Under the pieces are notes generated by a model. It searched no databases. It worked only from the letters and a program-made list of their open reading frames with translations, and was not told the DNA's origin. The position numbers were made by a program, and so were the translations under genes. A DNA stretch of 25,059 bases. It comes from Catajapyx aquilonaris (Eukaryota). Each line of letters opens with the position of its first letter. Within the stretch, counting starts at the first letter, position 1. The stretch lies in the NCBI GenBank assembly GCA_000934665.2, contig JYFJ02001216.1, positions 62,001 through 87,059 of the forward strand, read 5' to 3'. Of this stretch, positions 24,301 through 25,059 are shown piece after piece.

Positions 24301-24770
24301 TCTACTATAGTAGATGATAGTGCCACAACGGAAAGGTTGTGGAATGAGCGTCTATATGACAAGTTACTTGTGTGTTTATTACTTTTTAACAGTAAAATTG
24401 CATATCTCCTTTCAGTATCCTGGCTGACCAACATCAGGAAGGATGACCATCAGTGTCAGGACATCCTCAATGTCACAATTCAAGTGTTGCAAGTGGTGCA
24501 CGACAATTTGGGGTCCCACATCCCTACAGATGACAAGTCCCTCGAAAAAGTCTGCAAGTAAGGCATATTTTAATACTTTCGGAGGTGCATTTTCAATATC
24601 CATGTTTCTGGTCCCATGCAGGGTGTTCAGCCCCACTCTAACAGAAATTTTGGACATTGCCGGACCATGCATCCCATCATCAATGGACTATATAGTGAAT
24701 ACATTCCTGATTGGTAATATCAAAGGCTTCATGGCGGCCCTTTGCGATCCATCCCAGGAACTTCATAACC
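15355..24770 (+). CDS. Gene D (3'-partial): secreted cysteine-rich two-domain paralog
   Basis: Exons 15355-15409, 15753-15888, 16035-16183, 16249-16381, 17638-17752, 18100-18271, 24416-24557, 24622-24770. Signal peptide MAAMMTYTKFRVLAVILAGALSS; 12 Cys in module 1; same intron phases as gene B. The join across the 6.1-kb intron is inferred from phase and homology. Remaining exons lie beyond the window. Confidence 0.82.
17062..17112. mobile_element. 51-bp perfect hairpin insertion (micro-MITE)
   Basis: CACGGAGCCTTTAGTCATCCAAGC-ACA-GCTTGGATGACTAAAGGCTCCGTG, flanked by direct repeat CATAAGGG (17054-17061, 17113-17120). Confidence 0.75.
17322..17367. mobile_element. 46-bp perfect hairpin insertion (micro-MITE)
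   Basis: CACGGCCGCTTGAGAGAGATTG-AG-CAATCTCTCTCAAGCGGCCGTG, flanked by GTAAACGAC / GTAAATGAC. Confidence 0.72.
18277..18374. repeat. Compound (AAT)n(GAT)n microsatellite
   Basis: Directly visible trinucleotide runs immediately after exon 6 of gene D. Confidence 0.97.
18417..18799. mobile_element. CACTA/EnSpm-like MITE
   Basis: Termini CACTCAAAAAA / TTTTTTCAGTG with a 2-bp TG duplication on both sides. The interior has many AACCAA/TTGGTT motifs and a short tandem duplication (caaaaatatttggttgtcgttcta). Confidence 0.65.
20210..20425. repeat. Imperfect ~58-bp direct repeat pair, possibly decayed DNA transposon ends
   Basis: aaacc..gttaatg.g.aacggcgtaaaatggag.gg.gtaaaacgggtac at 20210-20267 and 20366-20425. 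Confidence 0.55.
20612..20820. mobile_element. hAT (Charlie-like) MITE
   Basis: TIRs CAGCGGTTCTTAGCCT / AGGTTAAGAACCTCTG; 8-bp TSD CTTTAGGT / CTGTAGGT; GGGGTGCG subterminal repeats. Confidence 0.82.
21175..21310 (+). mobile_element. 5' UTR fragment of an RTE-clade (BovB/Expander-like) LINE or a derived SINE
   Basis: CCACCTTGCCGTGGTGGTGGGCTTGCG...CTATGCCGGCGG...GGTAGGGCCGCCCAAGTCGGACAGGTC matches my recollection of the conserved RTE 5' end. No ORF follows. Confidence 0.6.
21539..21567 (+). mobile_element. Helitron 3' terminus (5' end not identified)
   Basis: Hairpin CCCGT-GCGAAGA-ACGGG followed 8 nt later by CTAG|T. Confidence 0.6.
21870..23397. mobile_element. Non-autonomous Transib-like DNA transposon (~1.5 kb)
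   Basis: Perfect 27-bp TIR CAGTGATCTAGATTCGGAAAACCCTGG (21872-21898 / 23371-23397). The left end starts CACAGTG. GC-rich 5-bp TSD CGGCG at 21865-21869 and 23398-23402. The right end lacks the terminal TG. No transposase ORF. Confidence 0.75.
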
Positions 24771-24854
24771 GTAAGAAAGTGTGGATATATTCGTGGCTGG
24801 TTTCTTAGTTAGCAAATTCTGCATTATACCCACTTGTTAAATCAGCAACGATAT

Positions 24855-24855
24855 C

Positions 24856-24901
<46 letters not shown>
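24855..24901. repeat. (CAA)n microsatellite, possibly the tail of a minus-strand LINE 3' end
   Basis: Directly visible CAA run. The adjacent sequence reads CCCCTCATAGGGAAATGTCGTGATGTTGTTG on the minus strand (short stem-loop plus repeat tail). Confidence 0.9.
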
Positions 24902-25059
24902 TCACGACATTTCCCTATGAGGGGTAGTCAGCGATGAAGGGAGACGCAAGCTAACCCAACATATGAACTAATAAAACTCATGAAAATAAACCTAAAAACA
25001 ACCTGTCCCACCCCCCACCCCTGCCCACTTCAGACATCACCTTATCCTCAGACATATTT

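Overview
Eukaryotic, AT-rich DNA, probably from an invertebrate. It holds a tandem cluster of paralogous multi-exon genes on the + strand that the ORF track only shows in fragments. Splicing the exons by hand (GT-AG) gives secreted proteins with a signal-peptide exon followed by two copies of a five-exon, ~200-aa, ~12-cysteine module joined by a Pro/Thr-rich linker. Gene A is 5'-partial (291-1599). A decayed C-like pseudogene follows (2147-2799). Gene B is complete (5020-8302, 447 aa). Gene C (9489-14358) has a single 1-nt frameshift. Gene D is 3'-partial (15355 to beyond 24770). The motif C(C)P.EQ..YC......DCG.DA..F resembles DUF19/T20D4.11-like cysteine-rich secreted domains; this is recognition from memory, not a database result. 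Introns and spacers carry many non-autonomous elements: a tRNA-derived SINE, two piggyBac-type elements (one with a nested palindromic hAT-like MITE), Helitrons, CACTA- and hAT-like MITEs, an RTE-like 5' fragment, a Transib-like element with RSS-like ends, and two ~50-bp perfect hairpin insertions.
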